64,000 nucleotides of DNA from Candidatus Omnitrophota bacterium. Lineage in GTDB: Bacteria > Omnitrophota > Gorgyraeia > 2-02-FULL-51-18. Under the pieces are notes generated by a model. It worked only from the letters and a program-made list of their open reading frames with translations, was not told the origin of the DNA and made no database searches. The stretch lies in NCBI GenBank assembly GCA_945877765.1, contig CAMDWQ010000001.1, positions 86,253 to 150,252 of the forward strand, read 5' to 3'. The position numbers and the translations under genes are program-made. Shown one piece after another: positions 10,553 through 20,054 of this stretch. Numbering within the stretch: the first letter of the stretch is position 1; each line of letters opens with the position of its first letter.

Positions 10553-11963
10553 ATTCTTCAAGGCTCCTTGGTTGGTAGTGAATATCAAGAAGTTTTTGGT
10601 CGCTTGGGAAGACTTGGTCCGGATCTTTCTGTGCTGGCAGATTCAAAAGGCTAAGAAGAGCTTTTGTTTTATAGGTCCCCATAGACAGAAGTTCGGCAAC
10701 CGCCGAGACCAAGACAGAACGGTTGTGGTTTTTAAGGAGCTTAAAGATCTGATAAGCGCATTCAAGGCGCGCCGAATCATCCTCTCCCTGGGCCCTTAGG
10801 AACTTATAAAACACTGGCTCCATGGATTCGATAAGCCTAAGGATCCTTTGACGCTTAAAAAGAGGGGTTCTATTTAAAAGACTCTCTATGTGAAGAGGAT
10901 TCTGGAATATTTTGTGTTTTTCAAAAGATCTTTTATGCCGTGCCACAATTTTTGAGGCATGCGTAATCTCGATTCTATCCGGATAAATCAAAAGCCCGCA
11001 AGGCTTCTGGGCCAAAGAGGATGGGACGGAGTAGCGATTGGTTTCAAACTCGACAAGTGCTGTTTTTGAGACCACCCCTTGCGCGATTCGCCGCGGCGCG
11101 AACTCGATGCTGGGAAGTTTTAAAAGATTTTCTGATTTAAGCATGTCCATAGGCATCTTACCGGTGGAGCGGTGTATCAGGCTGTTGCGTCCTACAAGCC
11201 ACAGCCTGAAGCACTCGTTTAGGTCTTGGGCGTTTTTAAAAACCTGCCCGTATAGAAAGGAGGCTCTCACATCGCGTCCTAAGCGTTCGACTCTGCCTTT
11301 CTCATTGCCTTTGTAGGGATTGCAGGCGTGGATCTTGAATCCGTAGTGTCTGGCGAATTCCAAGAACTGCGGATTGTATTCGATCTTTTCCGGTGTGTGC
11401 TTTAAAACAACGCTCTTTAGATTGTCATACCGGTGGGTGCGGGCAAGACCGTTTAAGTGCTTGAAGCATTCCAGGTGTCCGTCTAAAAAGAACTCAAACG
11501 ACGTCTTGGGATAAAACTTCCCCCAAGCATATCTGGAATACGAGAGTACGTACAAAAAGAGAGCGACCCGTCCCACATTTTCAAGGTCCGCGAAGAACCA
11601 GTCCACCTGGGCCTCCTCTGAAGGCATAAAGTCCAGGGCATAATAAGTGACAGGCTTTTTTACTCTCCAGGATCTTGTGAAGCGCTCCACACTTGAGAGA
11701 CTACCAGCATAACTATATCCTTGGAGTCTTTTGTAAATCTGAATCGCCTGAAGGCGCGGATACTGCCGGTACCACTCATCCAGAAGATGCCGGTAAGCTT
11801 CCAAGGGTGAGGATTTCTGAGGATTTTGAGAGGGACACTGTTTATCCAGGATGCGTTTTAATCGCCTGTATCCGATATGAAGATGTCCGATCACCTGGCG
11901 GCGGCTTAACCGTTCGACGTCCAAGAGGTAGAGGATTTTTTCTTTCAGCGAGGTATCGTCCAT
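10536..11963 (-). CDS. istA: IS21 transposase IstA
   Basis: EAQVDW, LSYSRY, YDNLKSVV, PYKGNEKGRVER, NRYSVP. Confidence 0.93.
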   Translation of the reverse strand: MDDTSLKEKILYLLDVERLSRRQVIGHLHIGYRRLKRILDKQCPSQNPQKSSPLEAYRHLLDEWYRQYPRLQAIQIYKRLQGYSYAGSLSSVERFTRSWRVKKPVTYYALDFMPSEEAQVDWFFADLENVGRVALFLYVLSYSRYAWGKFYPKTSFEFFLDGHLECFKHLNGLARTHRYDNLKSVVLKHTPEKIEYNPQFLEFARHYGFKIHACNPYKGNEKGRVERLGRDVRASFLYGQVFKNAQDLNECFRLWLVGRNSLIHRSTGKMPMDMLKSENLLKLPSIEFAPRRIAQGVVSKTALVEFETNRYSVPSSLAQKPCGLLIYPDRIEITHASKIVARHKRSFEKHKIFQNPLHIESLLNRTPLFKRQRILRLIESMEPVFYKFLRAQGEDDSARLECAYQIFKLLKNHNRSVLVSAVAELLSMGTYKTKALLSLLNLPAQKDPDQVFPSDQKLLDIHYQPRSLEEYDQNN

Positions 11964-11988
11964 AAAGTCCTTATTTTTTCTTCTTTGT

Positions 11989-12522
11989 TTAGGGCGGAGG
12001 TCTTTTTTCCGTCACGATTTGTCCAAGGTTGTACATCGCCTGTCCGAAAGGCCGAACGATCCTTGGCGTATGACCCAGATCCTGGCATGCTCTGCCATAT
12101 TCGGTATATCGAGTTTGTTTTTTCAAACGCAGATGCACCCACCCTGATCGCGTGTTTAAGAAGCATCTATCGCTTTTGTTTTCAAGTACTTCCAAGAACA
12201 TTGAGTTTGTTTTTTCAAACAGCTTCTGGCTACGGATGCCTCTCATACGCAGTCTTGTGTCTTGGCGATTTTTGAGTGTTATCTTTGGATGATTAGCCCG
12301 GTAGCGCTTTCGATAATCGGGATGGCTTAAAAACCACTGCCGCGTGAGATCTTGCTGGTAGGTGAGGCAGTCGGGATTTTTGAGGTACCACCTTCGATTG
12401 TTTTGGCTATTGCGTTTGGATTGGCAAGAAGGACGGCCACAGCAGTGTTGCCGGTCTTTCTGGCGGCAATCCGGATAAAACATCTCTCGACAGATACGGC
12501 AAGTACGTTTACGGCGTCTCAT
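11989..12522 (-). CDS. Cys-rich basic accessory ORF of the IS21 element
   Basis: CxxC...CC.xxxC cluster. RBS AGGGGGTGAGG. Lies inside the IRs. Confidence 0.7.
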   Translation of the reverse strand: MRRRKRTCRICREMFYPDCRQKDRQHCCGRPSCQSKRNSQNNRRWYLKNPDCLTYQQDLTRQWFLSHPDYRKRYRANHPKITLKNRQDTRLRMRGIRSQKLFEKTNSMFLEVLENKSDRCFLNTRSGWVHLRLKKQTRYTEYGRACQDLGHTPRIVRPFGQAMYNLGQIVTEKRPPP

Positions 12523-12827
12523 AGCATCCTCACCCCCTTATAAGGGAAAGAATACTGGACTTTAAAGCAGGTTATCTCGGGAAGGAGGGGCTCTTCATCT
12601 TATCCACAGAATGAAGAACAGAGCTACTACTGAAAATTCTTTAACTAAAATCTAAAACACAACCCCGATAACACCCTGCCGGGATTCGTTATCATTTCTA
12701 TTACGCCCAACAATGATTTAGGGCAGCGCGCAGACGATGACCTTATTTAGGGGTGAGGCGCTAGGGCAGGTTTTGTTAATGATTACGTGACGATTTAGGA
12801 AAAATTTTCTGAAATAAAAAGGAATTT

Positions 12828-13325
12828 ATGGGCAGGCAATCATACTCAAGCCGTCTAACAACGAACGACTGCAAATCCATCTCTGTGAAGTTCTTGAAAA
12901 GTAACCTCTATTTCTATAAGGGCGGTTCCGACGGGATGAAATGGAAAAATACTAAGGGCGCAGAGACGGGGAGTATTGGTTTTTCGGTGTCCATGATTGC
13001 CGGCAACGAGCATATCCGGCTTGTGTATACAAGGGTAGTCGATTTTTCTGGAGAGAAATTCGATCTTGATTACACCGTCCGATTGAGCTCAACGCCTTGT
13101 TACTTCGGAGGCAGACGGTGGTGGTTTCGATGTCCACTAGAGGAGGATGGGCGGGTCTGCAATCGTCGTGCGGGGACATTGTATCTAGCTGGAGACAAAT
13201 ATTTTGGGTGCAGGATTTGCTATAACCTCACCTATGAAAGCTCACGGGATAGTCATAGATTTGATGGTGTGGTCCAGAGGATGGGGTATGCAGACTATAA
13301 GATCTTTAAAAAAATACTTAGATGA
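12828..13325 (+). CDS. Hypothetical Zn-ribbon protein typical of prophage/ICE regions
   Basis: RRWWFRCP...CNRR...LY...FGCRICYNLTYES. Confidence 0.75.
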   Translation: MGRQSYSSRLTTNDCKSISVKFLKSNLYFYKGGSDGMKWKNTKGAETGSIGFSVSMIAGNEHIRLVYTRVVDFSGEKFDLDYTVRLSSTPCYFGGRRWWFRCPLEEDGRVCNRRAGTLYLAGDKYFGCRICYNLTYESSRDSHRFDGVVQRMGYADYKIFKKILR

Positions 13326-13522
13326 TGGATAAACTCCTAACCCCCAAACAACTCAGCGAGCTTTTGCAGGTCGATCAAAGCACCGTTTATTGGTGGTCGC
13401 ATACCGGCTTTATCCCGCATATAAAGATTGGAAAACTTGTTCGGTTTAAAGAAGTAGAGGTTGAGGAATGGGTTAAGCAGAGATCAAGACAGGGAAGAAA
13501 ACAGATAAAATATAATTCCTAA
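13322..13522 (+). CDS. Excisionase-like HTH DNA-binding protein
   Basis: LLTPKQLSELLQV..STVYWW....IPHIKIGKLVRF. Confidence 0.85.
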   Translation: MMDKLLTPKQLSELLQVDQSTVYWWSHTGFIPHIKIGKLVRFKEVEVEEWVKQRSRQGRKQIKYNS

Positions 13523-13544
13523 TATTCTTAAGTACGTATAACAT

Positions 13545-13573
13545 TTGCTTTTTATCAAAGAAGTAGCTAAACT
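13545..13573 (+). promoter_or_regulatory. Putative sigma70 promoter TTGCTT-17bp-TAAACT
   Basis: Hexamers and spacing, upstream of the two-gene dcd unit. Confidence 0.4.
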
Positions 13574-13644
13574 ACTTATATAACAATATCTAAGTTAATA
13601 AGATTTAGTACATTTATTAACAAATTTAGCAAAAGGAAAAACTT

Positions 13645-13929
13645 ATGGGATTAATTTCAGTTCGCTGCTATGTAACCATTGGATCCTTTTCTACTGAGTA
13701 TATTGTTCAAGTGAAAGACGGAAACGATTTAAAATGGGAAGGGCCTGTTAGTAGAAAGATGGTTGATATAACTCAAGCAGTAAAACCAGAAGAAGCTGTT
13801 TCCGGAAGAATTAAAGCTTATCTTATAAACTCTGATGAAAAATCAGGGTTGGTAGAAATGCCTAATGATAGTTGGGTTCATGGAAGCAGAGTTAGAATAC
13901 CTCGTGCCTTGTTTGAAACAGCTAAATGA
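13645..13929 (+). CDS. Hypothetical protein coupled to dcd
   Basis: RBS AAGGA and a 4-bp overlap with dcd. Low GC. Confidence 0.7.
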   Translation: MGLISVRCYVTIGSFSTEYIVQVKDGNDLKWEGPVSRKMVDITQAVKPEEAVSGRIKAYLINSDEKSGLVEMPNDSWVHGSRVRIPRALFETAK

Positions 13930-14513
13930 TTCTTAGTGATATAGACATAAAACAAGCAATTAAAGCCAAAGAAATTATCATTGATCCCCTCCCAGATGAA
14001 ACCCAGTACGGGTCTTCGTCGCTTAATCTTATAGTTGGAAACGAATTTAAAAAGTGGAATCCCGCTCTATTAGGATCTGGAGGCACGAAACCCAGTCACC
14101 AAATACTAATTAATTTTATGGATTTTAATTATTCAACATTTTCAAAAAATTACCTCATTGATGTTCCGCTTGAAAGTGATGGTAGTATTATTCTTGCGCC
14201 AAATGATTTTATGCTTATTCTTTCAAGAGAATATGTTGAATTGCCACGAGAGGGATTGCTCGCAGCCAGAGTCGAGGGTCGGAGCACAATGGCCAGATTA
14301 GGGTTTACAGCGCATCTCTCTGCCCCTACAATCCATGCGGGTTTCGGCGGAAACATTACCTTAGAAGTGAAGAATTTTGGCCCATTTCATATAAAACTAA
14401 CTCCGGGGAAAGACCAAATCTGTCAGTTGATTTTTGAAAAAGTTCAATCCATTGCCGAAAAGACTAATTCTACAATTTTTCAAGGGCAAAAATCAGTCAC
14501 TGGAACTAAATAA
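13926..14513 (+). CDS. dcd: dCTP deaminase (trimeric dUTPase-like family)
   Basis: MILSDIDI, ARVEGRSTMARLG, IHAGFGGNITLE, ICQLIFE, FQGQ. Confidence 0.9.
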   Translation: MILSDIDIKQAIKAKEIIIDPLPDETQYGSSSLNLIVGNEFKKWNPALLGSGGTKPSHQILINFMDFNYSTFSKNYLIDVPLESDGSIILAPNDFMLILSREYVELPREGLLAARVEGRSTMARLGFTAHLSAPTIHAGFGGNITLEVKNFGPFHIKLTPGKDQICQLIFEKVQSIAEKTNSTIFQGQKSVTGTK

Positions 14514-14691
14514 CTTTTGTGACCAATTTGTGTCCAAACAACTTCAAATCCCTTCGAAATACTAGACTCATTCGACATACTCGAAAACTTTTTTAGATCG
14601 ATTCCTCGAGGGAGAAGTGGTAACTTAATGAAACAAAGAGGGTTGGGAGAAAATTAAGTTCAGGACTCCCAGTCTCTCCTCTGGAAATAAT

Positions 14692-14728
14692 CCTCGTGTA
14701 GGTTTTTGACTATGCGAGGGTTTTTTTT
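14692..14728 (+). terminator. Intrinsic terminator
   Basis: CCTCGTGTAG...CTATGCGAGG stem followed by a T8 tract. Confidence 0.7.
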
Positions 14729-14744
14729 GCGCTGATTCCGGTGT

Positions 14745-16373
14745 GTGTTCCTTAGAATGTCGTGTGGTAAGATGAAGCCTTGTTGTGAAAAAAAAGACAG
14801 TTCAGTTGATACGATAGGGCCCCTTTTGATAGCTGCGTTGATACGTCCCCATCAAAAATTCTGGAAAGAATTTTTCCCTCTTATTTTTCTGCTTCTTTTG
14901 AATGCCTTTTTTCTAAATTATAATTTTTTGCGCGGGTTTATTTTTTATGACATGGGTGTTTTTTTGGATGCGAGCTGGCGCGTCACCATCGGTCAAAAAC
15001 CACACATCGATTTTTATTTCATTTCGGGCCCGCTGCATTTGTACATGAACGCGTTTTTCTTTAAATTGTTTGGATTTGGAAAGACAGCGCTTGTCTCACA
15101 TCTTGTTGTTGCCAGCACTTTGGCGATCTTGGCGACTTATTGGGCGGCGCGCGGGAAAATGCCTTGGACCGCGCGTTTTCTCGTCACGACGCTGACGATG
15201 GTCTCATTTTACTGGCCTGTCTCTCATCCCTGGTACAACCAATCGGCGCAGCTTTGGGGGCTCTTGGCAGCCGCGTTATGGATGCGGACGATTCCTTTTC
15301 AAAATTCTCGCCGTGCTTTTTGGATCAGCGCTCTCGGTGGCGCTCTTGCCATGATTTCTTTCATGACAAAAACGAATATCGGCTTCGCTTTTCTTTTCGC
15401 TTTCTTCGTCATGCTTCTTTTTTCTCCTCAAAGAAATCGCGCAATATTGGGCTATTTTCTCGGAGCTATTTTGGCGCTCGGGATCATCACCATTTTATTT
15501 ATTCCCGATTTCAAGCTATTTTTCGAGCAGTCTTTTTTGGAGTATGGTATTGGTCAACGAGGTCGTCTTTTAATCTTACTGAACCCGAGCTATTGGGCTC
15601 AGAATTACTACTGGCCGATTGTCCTTTTTACGGTTTTAGGAGCTTTTTTTTGTTTTAAAAATAATAAAGAACGAGTTGTGCTTTTCGCGGGATTTTGGTT
15701 GATTGCGGTTATCTCAATTTTTACGAGTTCCCTGTTTAACTTAAAAGGGGAATTTCCCCTGATAGGGATTTATGCGGCTCTTGGTTTTATTTTGTTGTAC
15801 GATGCGACGCCGGCAAATTCTTCATGGTTGAAAAATCTAAACCATTTTTCAAAAGCGGCTTTAACGGCGGTATGTTTTTTGCTTATCTTTGTTTGCGTGC
15901 AACAGAGTGTGGTGTTTGGCTGGTGGCGTAATCCTGAGTGGTATAATTACCCGCTCCATGCTGCGCCGCTTCGGGGACTGCGAAGCGATCAAACTCACAT
16001 TCGTACTTTAGATGGATTGGTGGAGTTTTTTGAGAAAGTCCCCAAGAATGAAACGCTTCTGATTTTGACTGACATGCAAGTTCTTTACCCTTTGACCGGC
16101 ATGGAGCCTTACCGTGGAGTTCCCATTGGTTTTGTCGTGGATCTTATTCCTCCGCCGGGAAAACCGCTGGATGCGTTAAAAAAACGTCTTCGGGAAGATC
16201 CGCCGGTATGGATTGTCACTCATAAAAGATTTACGCAGGCCAAAGAGCTTCTTGAAATCGTTCACTATTTAGGGTTTACGAAACAACTGGAAACCAATTA
16301 TATTTTTGCCAAGGAGATTGGTACGTGTGTCGTTTTGCGAAGGAATGATTTTAAAAAGGAATTGCTAAAATGA
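14745..16373 (+). CDS. Polytopic membrane protein, GT-C/ArnT-like (start uncertain)
   Basis: Many hydrophobic helices, FYDMG...GQKPHIDF..GP near the N-terminus, and KTNIG. First gene of the sugar cluster. Confidence 0.65.
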   Translation: MFLRMSCGKMKPCCEKKDSSVDTIGPLLIAALIRPHQKFWKEFFPLIFLLLLNAFFLNYNFLRGFIFYDMGVFLDASWRVTIGQKPHIDFYFISGPLHLYMNAFFFKLFGFGKTALVSHLVVASTLAILATYWAARGKMPWTARFLVTTLTMVSFYWPVSHPWYNQSAQLWGLLAAALWMRTIPFQNSRRAFWISALGGALAMISFMTKTNIGFAFLFAFFVMLLFSPQRNRAILGYFLGAILALGIITILFIPDFKLFFEQSFLEYGIGQRGRLLILLNPSYWAQNYYWPIVLFTVLGAFFCFKNNKERVVLFAGFWLIAVISIFTSSLFNLKGEFPLIGIYAALGFILLYDATPANSSWLKNLNHFSKAALTAVCFLLIFVCVQQSVVFGWWRNPEWYNYPLHAAPLRGLRSDQTHIRTLDGLVEFFEKVPKNETLLILTDMQVLYPLTGMEPYRGVPIGFVVDLIPPPGKPLDALKKRLREDPPVWIVTHKRFTQAKELLEIVHYLGFTKQLETNYIFAKEIGTCVVLRRNDFKKELLK

Positions 16374-17089
16374 GTAAGCCAATTTTAGCGGATTGCACCC
16401 CCGTCATTCTAGCGGGGGGCTTGGGCAATCGTCTTCGCTCGGTTGTTTCGGACCGGCCCAAAGTGCTTGCCGAAGTAAACCAAAAGCCGTTTTTAACTTA
16501 CCTGCTGGAGCAGCTTCACCGAGCAGGTTTTCGGAAGACAGTTTTATGCACGGGCTATTTGGGAGAGCATATTGAAAAAAATTTCGGATCCCGTTACAAG
16601 CATCTAGCTCTTTTTTATTCTCAAGAAACCAGGCCGTTGGGTACTGCCGGAGCGCTTCGCCTGGCTTTGCCGCTAGTCCAAACAAAGTCAGCTATCATTC
16701 TTAATGGAGATTCTTTCTGCGGGGCTTCTTTAGACAAATTTTATTTCCACTATCAAAAAAGAAAAGTGAGCGCGGCGATAATCCTGGCGCACGTTTCAGA
16801 CGCGCGCCGTTTTGGAAAAGTCTTTGTGGACGCGCAAGGCAGAGTCCTTCATTTTCTGGAAAAGGATAAAAAAGAGGGGAGCGGGTGGATTAATGCCGGT
16901 ATTTATCTAGTGAAAAAGGAGCTTCTCCGGTCGATTCCTTCCGGAGGGCCTGTTTCGCTCGAAAAGCAGCTATTTCCCCAATGGATACAGCAGGGAATTT
17001 ATGGGCATCAAAGCCGTGCCCGTTTCATGGACATTGGCACGGCAGAATCGTATAATTGTGCGGATAATTTTTTTTCGCCCAAAAAATAG
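16370..17089 (+). CDS. Sugar-1-phosphate nucleotidyltransferase, HddC-like (heptose-1-P guanylyltransferase)
   Basis: LAGGLGNRLR..PKVL, PLGTAGA, LNGDS, INAGIY, FMDIGT. Confidence 0.85.
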   Translation: MSKPILADCTPVILAGGLGNRLRSVVSDRPKVLAEVNQKPFLTYLLEQLHRAGFRKTVLCTGYLGEHIEKNFGSRYKHLALFYSQETRPLGTAGALRLALPLVQTKSAIILNGDSFCGASLDKFYFHYQKRKVSAAIILAHVSDARRFGKVFVDAQGRVLHFLEKDKKEGSGWINAGIYLVKKELLRSIPSGGPVSLEKQLFPQWIQQGIYGHQSRARFMDIGTAESYNCADNFFSPKK

Positions 17090-17098
17090 GACACGCTT

Positions 17099-18058
17099 TT
17101 GAAAATACTGATCACCGGAATTACAGGCATGGTCGGCAGCCATCTGGCCGAGTATGTTCTTGCGGATCATCGGGACGTGGAAATTCATGGGTTGGTCCGC
17201 TGGAGAAGCCCGCTGACGGCGATTCAGGGGCTCGTGCCCCGGGTGACTCTTCATCAGGCGGAATTAAGAGATTTAAATTCTCTCATTCTTTTGTTAAAAA
17301 AAGTACAGCCGGACCGGATTTTTCATTTAGCGGCGCAATCGTATGTGCCGGCAAGTTTTGAAGCGCCTGCCGACACGCTGGCGACCAATGTGATCGGCAC
17401 CACCAATTTGTTGGATGCGGTAAGGCACGCGAAGCTGGATCCCAAAATTCATATTTGCAGTTCCTCGGAAGTGTATGGCCAGGTCACCCAGGAAGAAACG
17501 CCCATCAAAGAAACCAATGCGTTTCGTCCCGCCAGCCCTTACGCGGTTTCCAAAATCGGGGAAGATATGATCGCGCTGCAATATTTTTTATCGTATGGCG
17601 TGAAAACGATCCGCACGCGGATGTTTACGCATACAGGCCCCCGGCGCGGGGATGTTTTTGTTGAGAGCGCTTTTGCCAAACAAATCGCCCAGATTGAGGC
17701 GGGCGTTCGGCCAAATCCGATGAAAGTGGGAAATTTAAACAGCATACGGACCTTCGCGGATGTCCGAGATGCCGTCAAAGCTTATTGGCTCTTATTAGAA
17801 AAGTGTCCGGCGGGGGAAGTTTATAATATCGGCGGGGAAGAAACGATGAGCGTCGGCCAGATGCTGGAGATGCTCAAAAAAATGGCGCGTTGTCCTATCC
17901 AGCACGAGGTGGATGCGTCGCTGTTGCGGCCGTCGGATGTGACGCTGCAGATTCCTGATTCTTCAAAATTTCGCGCCGCGACCGGTTGGAAACCCGAGAT
18001 TCCTTTGCAGACTACGCTGCGCGATTTACTCGATTATCACCGGAACAGGATAAAATAA
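17099..18058 (+). CDS. GDP-mannose/GDP-heptose 4,6-dehydratase family SDR
   Basis: TGITGMVGSHL, HLAAQSYV, SSSEVYG, SPYAVSK, LRPSDV. TTG start. Confidence 0.85.
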   Translation: MKILITGITGMVGSHLAEYVLADHRDVEIHGLVRWRSPLTAIQGLVPRVTLHQAELRDLNSLILLLKKVQPDRIFHLAAQSYVPASFEAPADTLATNVIGTTNLLDAVRHAKLDPKIHICSSSEVYGQVTQEETPIKETNAFRPASPYAVSKIGEDMIALQYFLSYGVKTIRTRMFTHTGPRRGDVFVESAFAKQIAQIEAGVRPNPMKVGNLNSIRTFADVRDAVKAYWLLLEKCPAGEVYNIGGEETMSVGQMLEMLKKMARCPIQHEVDASLLRPSDVTLQIPDSSKFRAATGWKPEIPLQTTLRDLLDYHRNRIK

Positions 18059-18067
18059 AACTATAAA

Positions 18068-19078
18068 ATGCTGATCTCCAAAACCCCTTTTCGTATTTCT
18101 TTTTTTGGCGGCGGCACCGATTATCCCGCTTGGTATACGAAAGAGGGCGGCGTGGTTTTATCGACGACGATCGATAAGTATTGCTATCTCAACTGCCGTT
18201 TTTTACCCCCTTATTTTAATATCAAACACCGCATTGTCTGGTCCCACATCGAAACCGTGATGTCGATTAAAGAAATCTTGCATCCGGCGGTCCGCGAAGG
18301 GCTTCATTTTTTAGGATTTGACGACAGCATGGGTCTGGAGATTCATCATCAAGGGGATTTGCCTGCCAGGGCCGGCATGGGATCCAGCTCCGCTTTCGCG
18401 GTGGGGCTGATTAATGCGCTGACAAATCTCAAAGGCACCTCTATTGAAAAAAAATCACTGGCGTTGAAGGCCATTGAGCTGGAACGCGATATTTTAAAAG
18501 AACATGTCGGGTCTCAGGACCAGGTAGCTGCCGCTTATGGCGGATTGAATCTTATCTTATTTGACCGCCAGGGCGATTTTCGTGTGGAGCCGATGGCGCT
18601 TTCCACGACCCGTTCGTCGTCTCTGGAGTCTCACCTGATGCTTTTTTATACCGGGATGAATCGAATGGCTTCCGAGGTGGCTCAGGGGGTGATCGAAAAT
18701 ATTCCTCACAAGAAGCAGACTTTTTTAAAAATTCGGAATCTTGTGGACCAAGCGTCCACTCTTTTGAAAGGTTCCGGAGATCTGGACGATTTTGGACGCC
18801 TGCTTCATGAGGGATGGAATTTAAAATGCGATTTAAGCGCCGCGGTGACCAATGCGCGCATCGATGATATCTATCAACGGGCATTAAAACACGGCGCGTT
18901 GGGCGGGAAACTTTTAGGCGCCGGCGGCGCCGGATTCATGGTTTTTTATGTGCCTTTGGGAAAACAGGAAGAAGTCAAGCAGGCGCTCAAAGACCATCTG
19001 TATGTTTCATTCAAATTTGAAAACCACGGCAGTGTCGTGACCGAAAGCAAACAGGTTTGGAAAAGCAATGGCAACTAA
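18068..19078 (+). CDS. GHMP kinase, HddA-like (heptose-7-phosphate kinase)
   Basis: PFRISFFGGGTD, GMGSSS, GSQDQ, GGKLLGAGGAGF. Confidence 0.88.
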   Translation: MLISKTPFRISFFGGGTDYPAWYTKEGGVVLSTTIDKYCYLNCRFLPPYFNIKHRIVWSHIETVMSIKEILHPAVREGLHFLGFDDSMGLEIHHQGDLPARAGMGSSSAFAVGLINALTNLKGTSIEKKSLALKAIELERDILKEHVGSQDQVAAAYGGLNLILFDRQGDFRVEPMALSTTRSSSLESHLMLFYTGMNRMASEVAQGVIENIPHKKQTFLKIRNLVDQASTLLKGSGDLDDFGRLLHEGWNLKCDLSAAVTNARIDDIYQRALKHGALGGKLLGAGGAGFMVFYVPLGKQEEVKQALKDHLYVSFKFENHGSVVTESKQVWKSNGN

Positions 19079-20054
19079 AACAAGCCCCGAGCTGGAGCTC
19101 AATCTCGCTTTATACAGGAAGCTCTATCTCATCCGAAAATCCGAACAGAAGATCATCGAATATTACCCTGAAAATGAAATGAAGACACCGATGCATATGT
19201 CGATGGGGCAGGAAGCGATCGCGGTGGGAGTCTGTGCCGCGTTGGGCGACCGGGGACAGATTTTTTCTTCTTATCGCAGTCATGCCGCTTTTTTGGCCAG
19301 AACCGGCAACGTGGAAATGTTTTTTATGGAGATGTACGGACGCGGAGGCACATTGACCGGTGGCAAGGCGGGATCCATGCATTTGGCAAGCCCTTCGGAG
19401 GGTGTTCTTTGTTCATCCGCTATTGTCGGCAGCGCGATCCCTCTGGCGGCAGGAGCGGCGTTTGCGAATCGATACAAGAAAAATGATTTACTGGCTTGCG
19501 TATTTTTTGGCGACGGGGCGTTGGAAGAAGGAATTTTCTGGGAAACTTTAAATGCGGCGAGCGCCATGAAACTGCCCGTTTTATTGGTGTGTGAAGATAA
19601 CGGCTTTGCCGTGCATACATCCAAGCAAGCGCGGCACGGTTTTCGTTCCATCACGGAAATTGTTCGTCATTACCAGTGCCATGTTTTTCAGGAAGATACG
19701 ACGGATGCCGAAAAAATTTATCAGTTAACGCGGCAGGCGGTCACGGCAATGCAGCGTGATCCGCGTCCCGTGTTTTTACATCTTCAATGTTACCGTTATT
19801 TGGAGCATGTCGGGATCAACGAAGATTTTGATGCCAATTACCGCCCGCGCGAGGACTATGAGAATTGGTTGAAGAGAGACGCGGTGGCGCTCGGGCGAAA
19901 AAAACTTCTCGAAAGCGGTTTGGCGGAAGCCGATATTTCCCGGGAAGAGCGGAAGCTTGACGAGGAGATTGATCGTTGCGTTCAAAAAGCCAAGAACGCG
20001 CCGTTTCCCCAAAAGCAGGAACTGTATCACGGAGTTTTCCATGAGACAAATTAG
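19068..20054 (+). CDS. ThDP-dependent dehydrogenase E1 alpha-like subunit
   Basis: HMSMGQEA, GSMH, GDGALEEG, CEDN, YRYLEHVG. Confidence 0.9.
   Translation: MATKTSPELELNLALYRKLYLIRKSEQKIIEYYPENEMKTPMHMSMGQEAIAVGVCAALGDRGQIFSSYRSHAAFLARTGNVEMFFMEMYGRGGTLTGGKAGSMHLASPSEGVLCSSAIVGSAIPLAAGAAFANRYKKNDLLACVFFGDGALEEGIFWETLNAASAMKLPVLLVCEDNGFAVHTSKQARHGFRSITEIVRHYQCHVFQEDTTDAEKIYQLTRQAVTAMQRDPRPVFLHLQCYRYLEHVGINEDFDANYRPREDYENWLKRDAVALGRKKLLESGLAEADISREERKLDEEIDRCVQKAKNAPFPQKQELYHGVFHETN

Larger units (their letters stand above)
9715..12712 (-). mobile_element. IS21-family insertion sequence with three ORFs
   Basis: Imperfect terminal IRs TGTTGGGC-N14-AACGAATCCCG...GTGTT(G/A)TCG at 9715 and 12712. 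Carries istA and istB. No target duplication visible. Confidence 0.9.
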
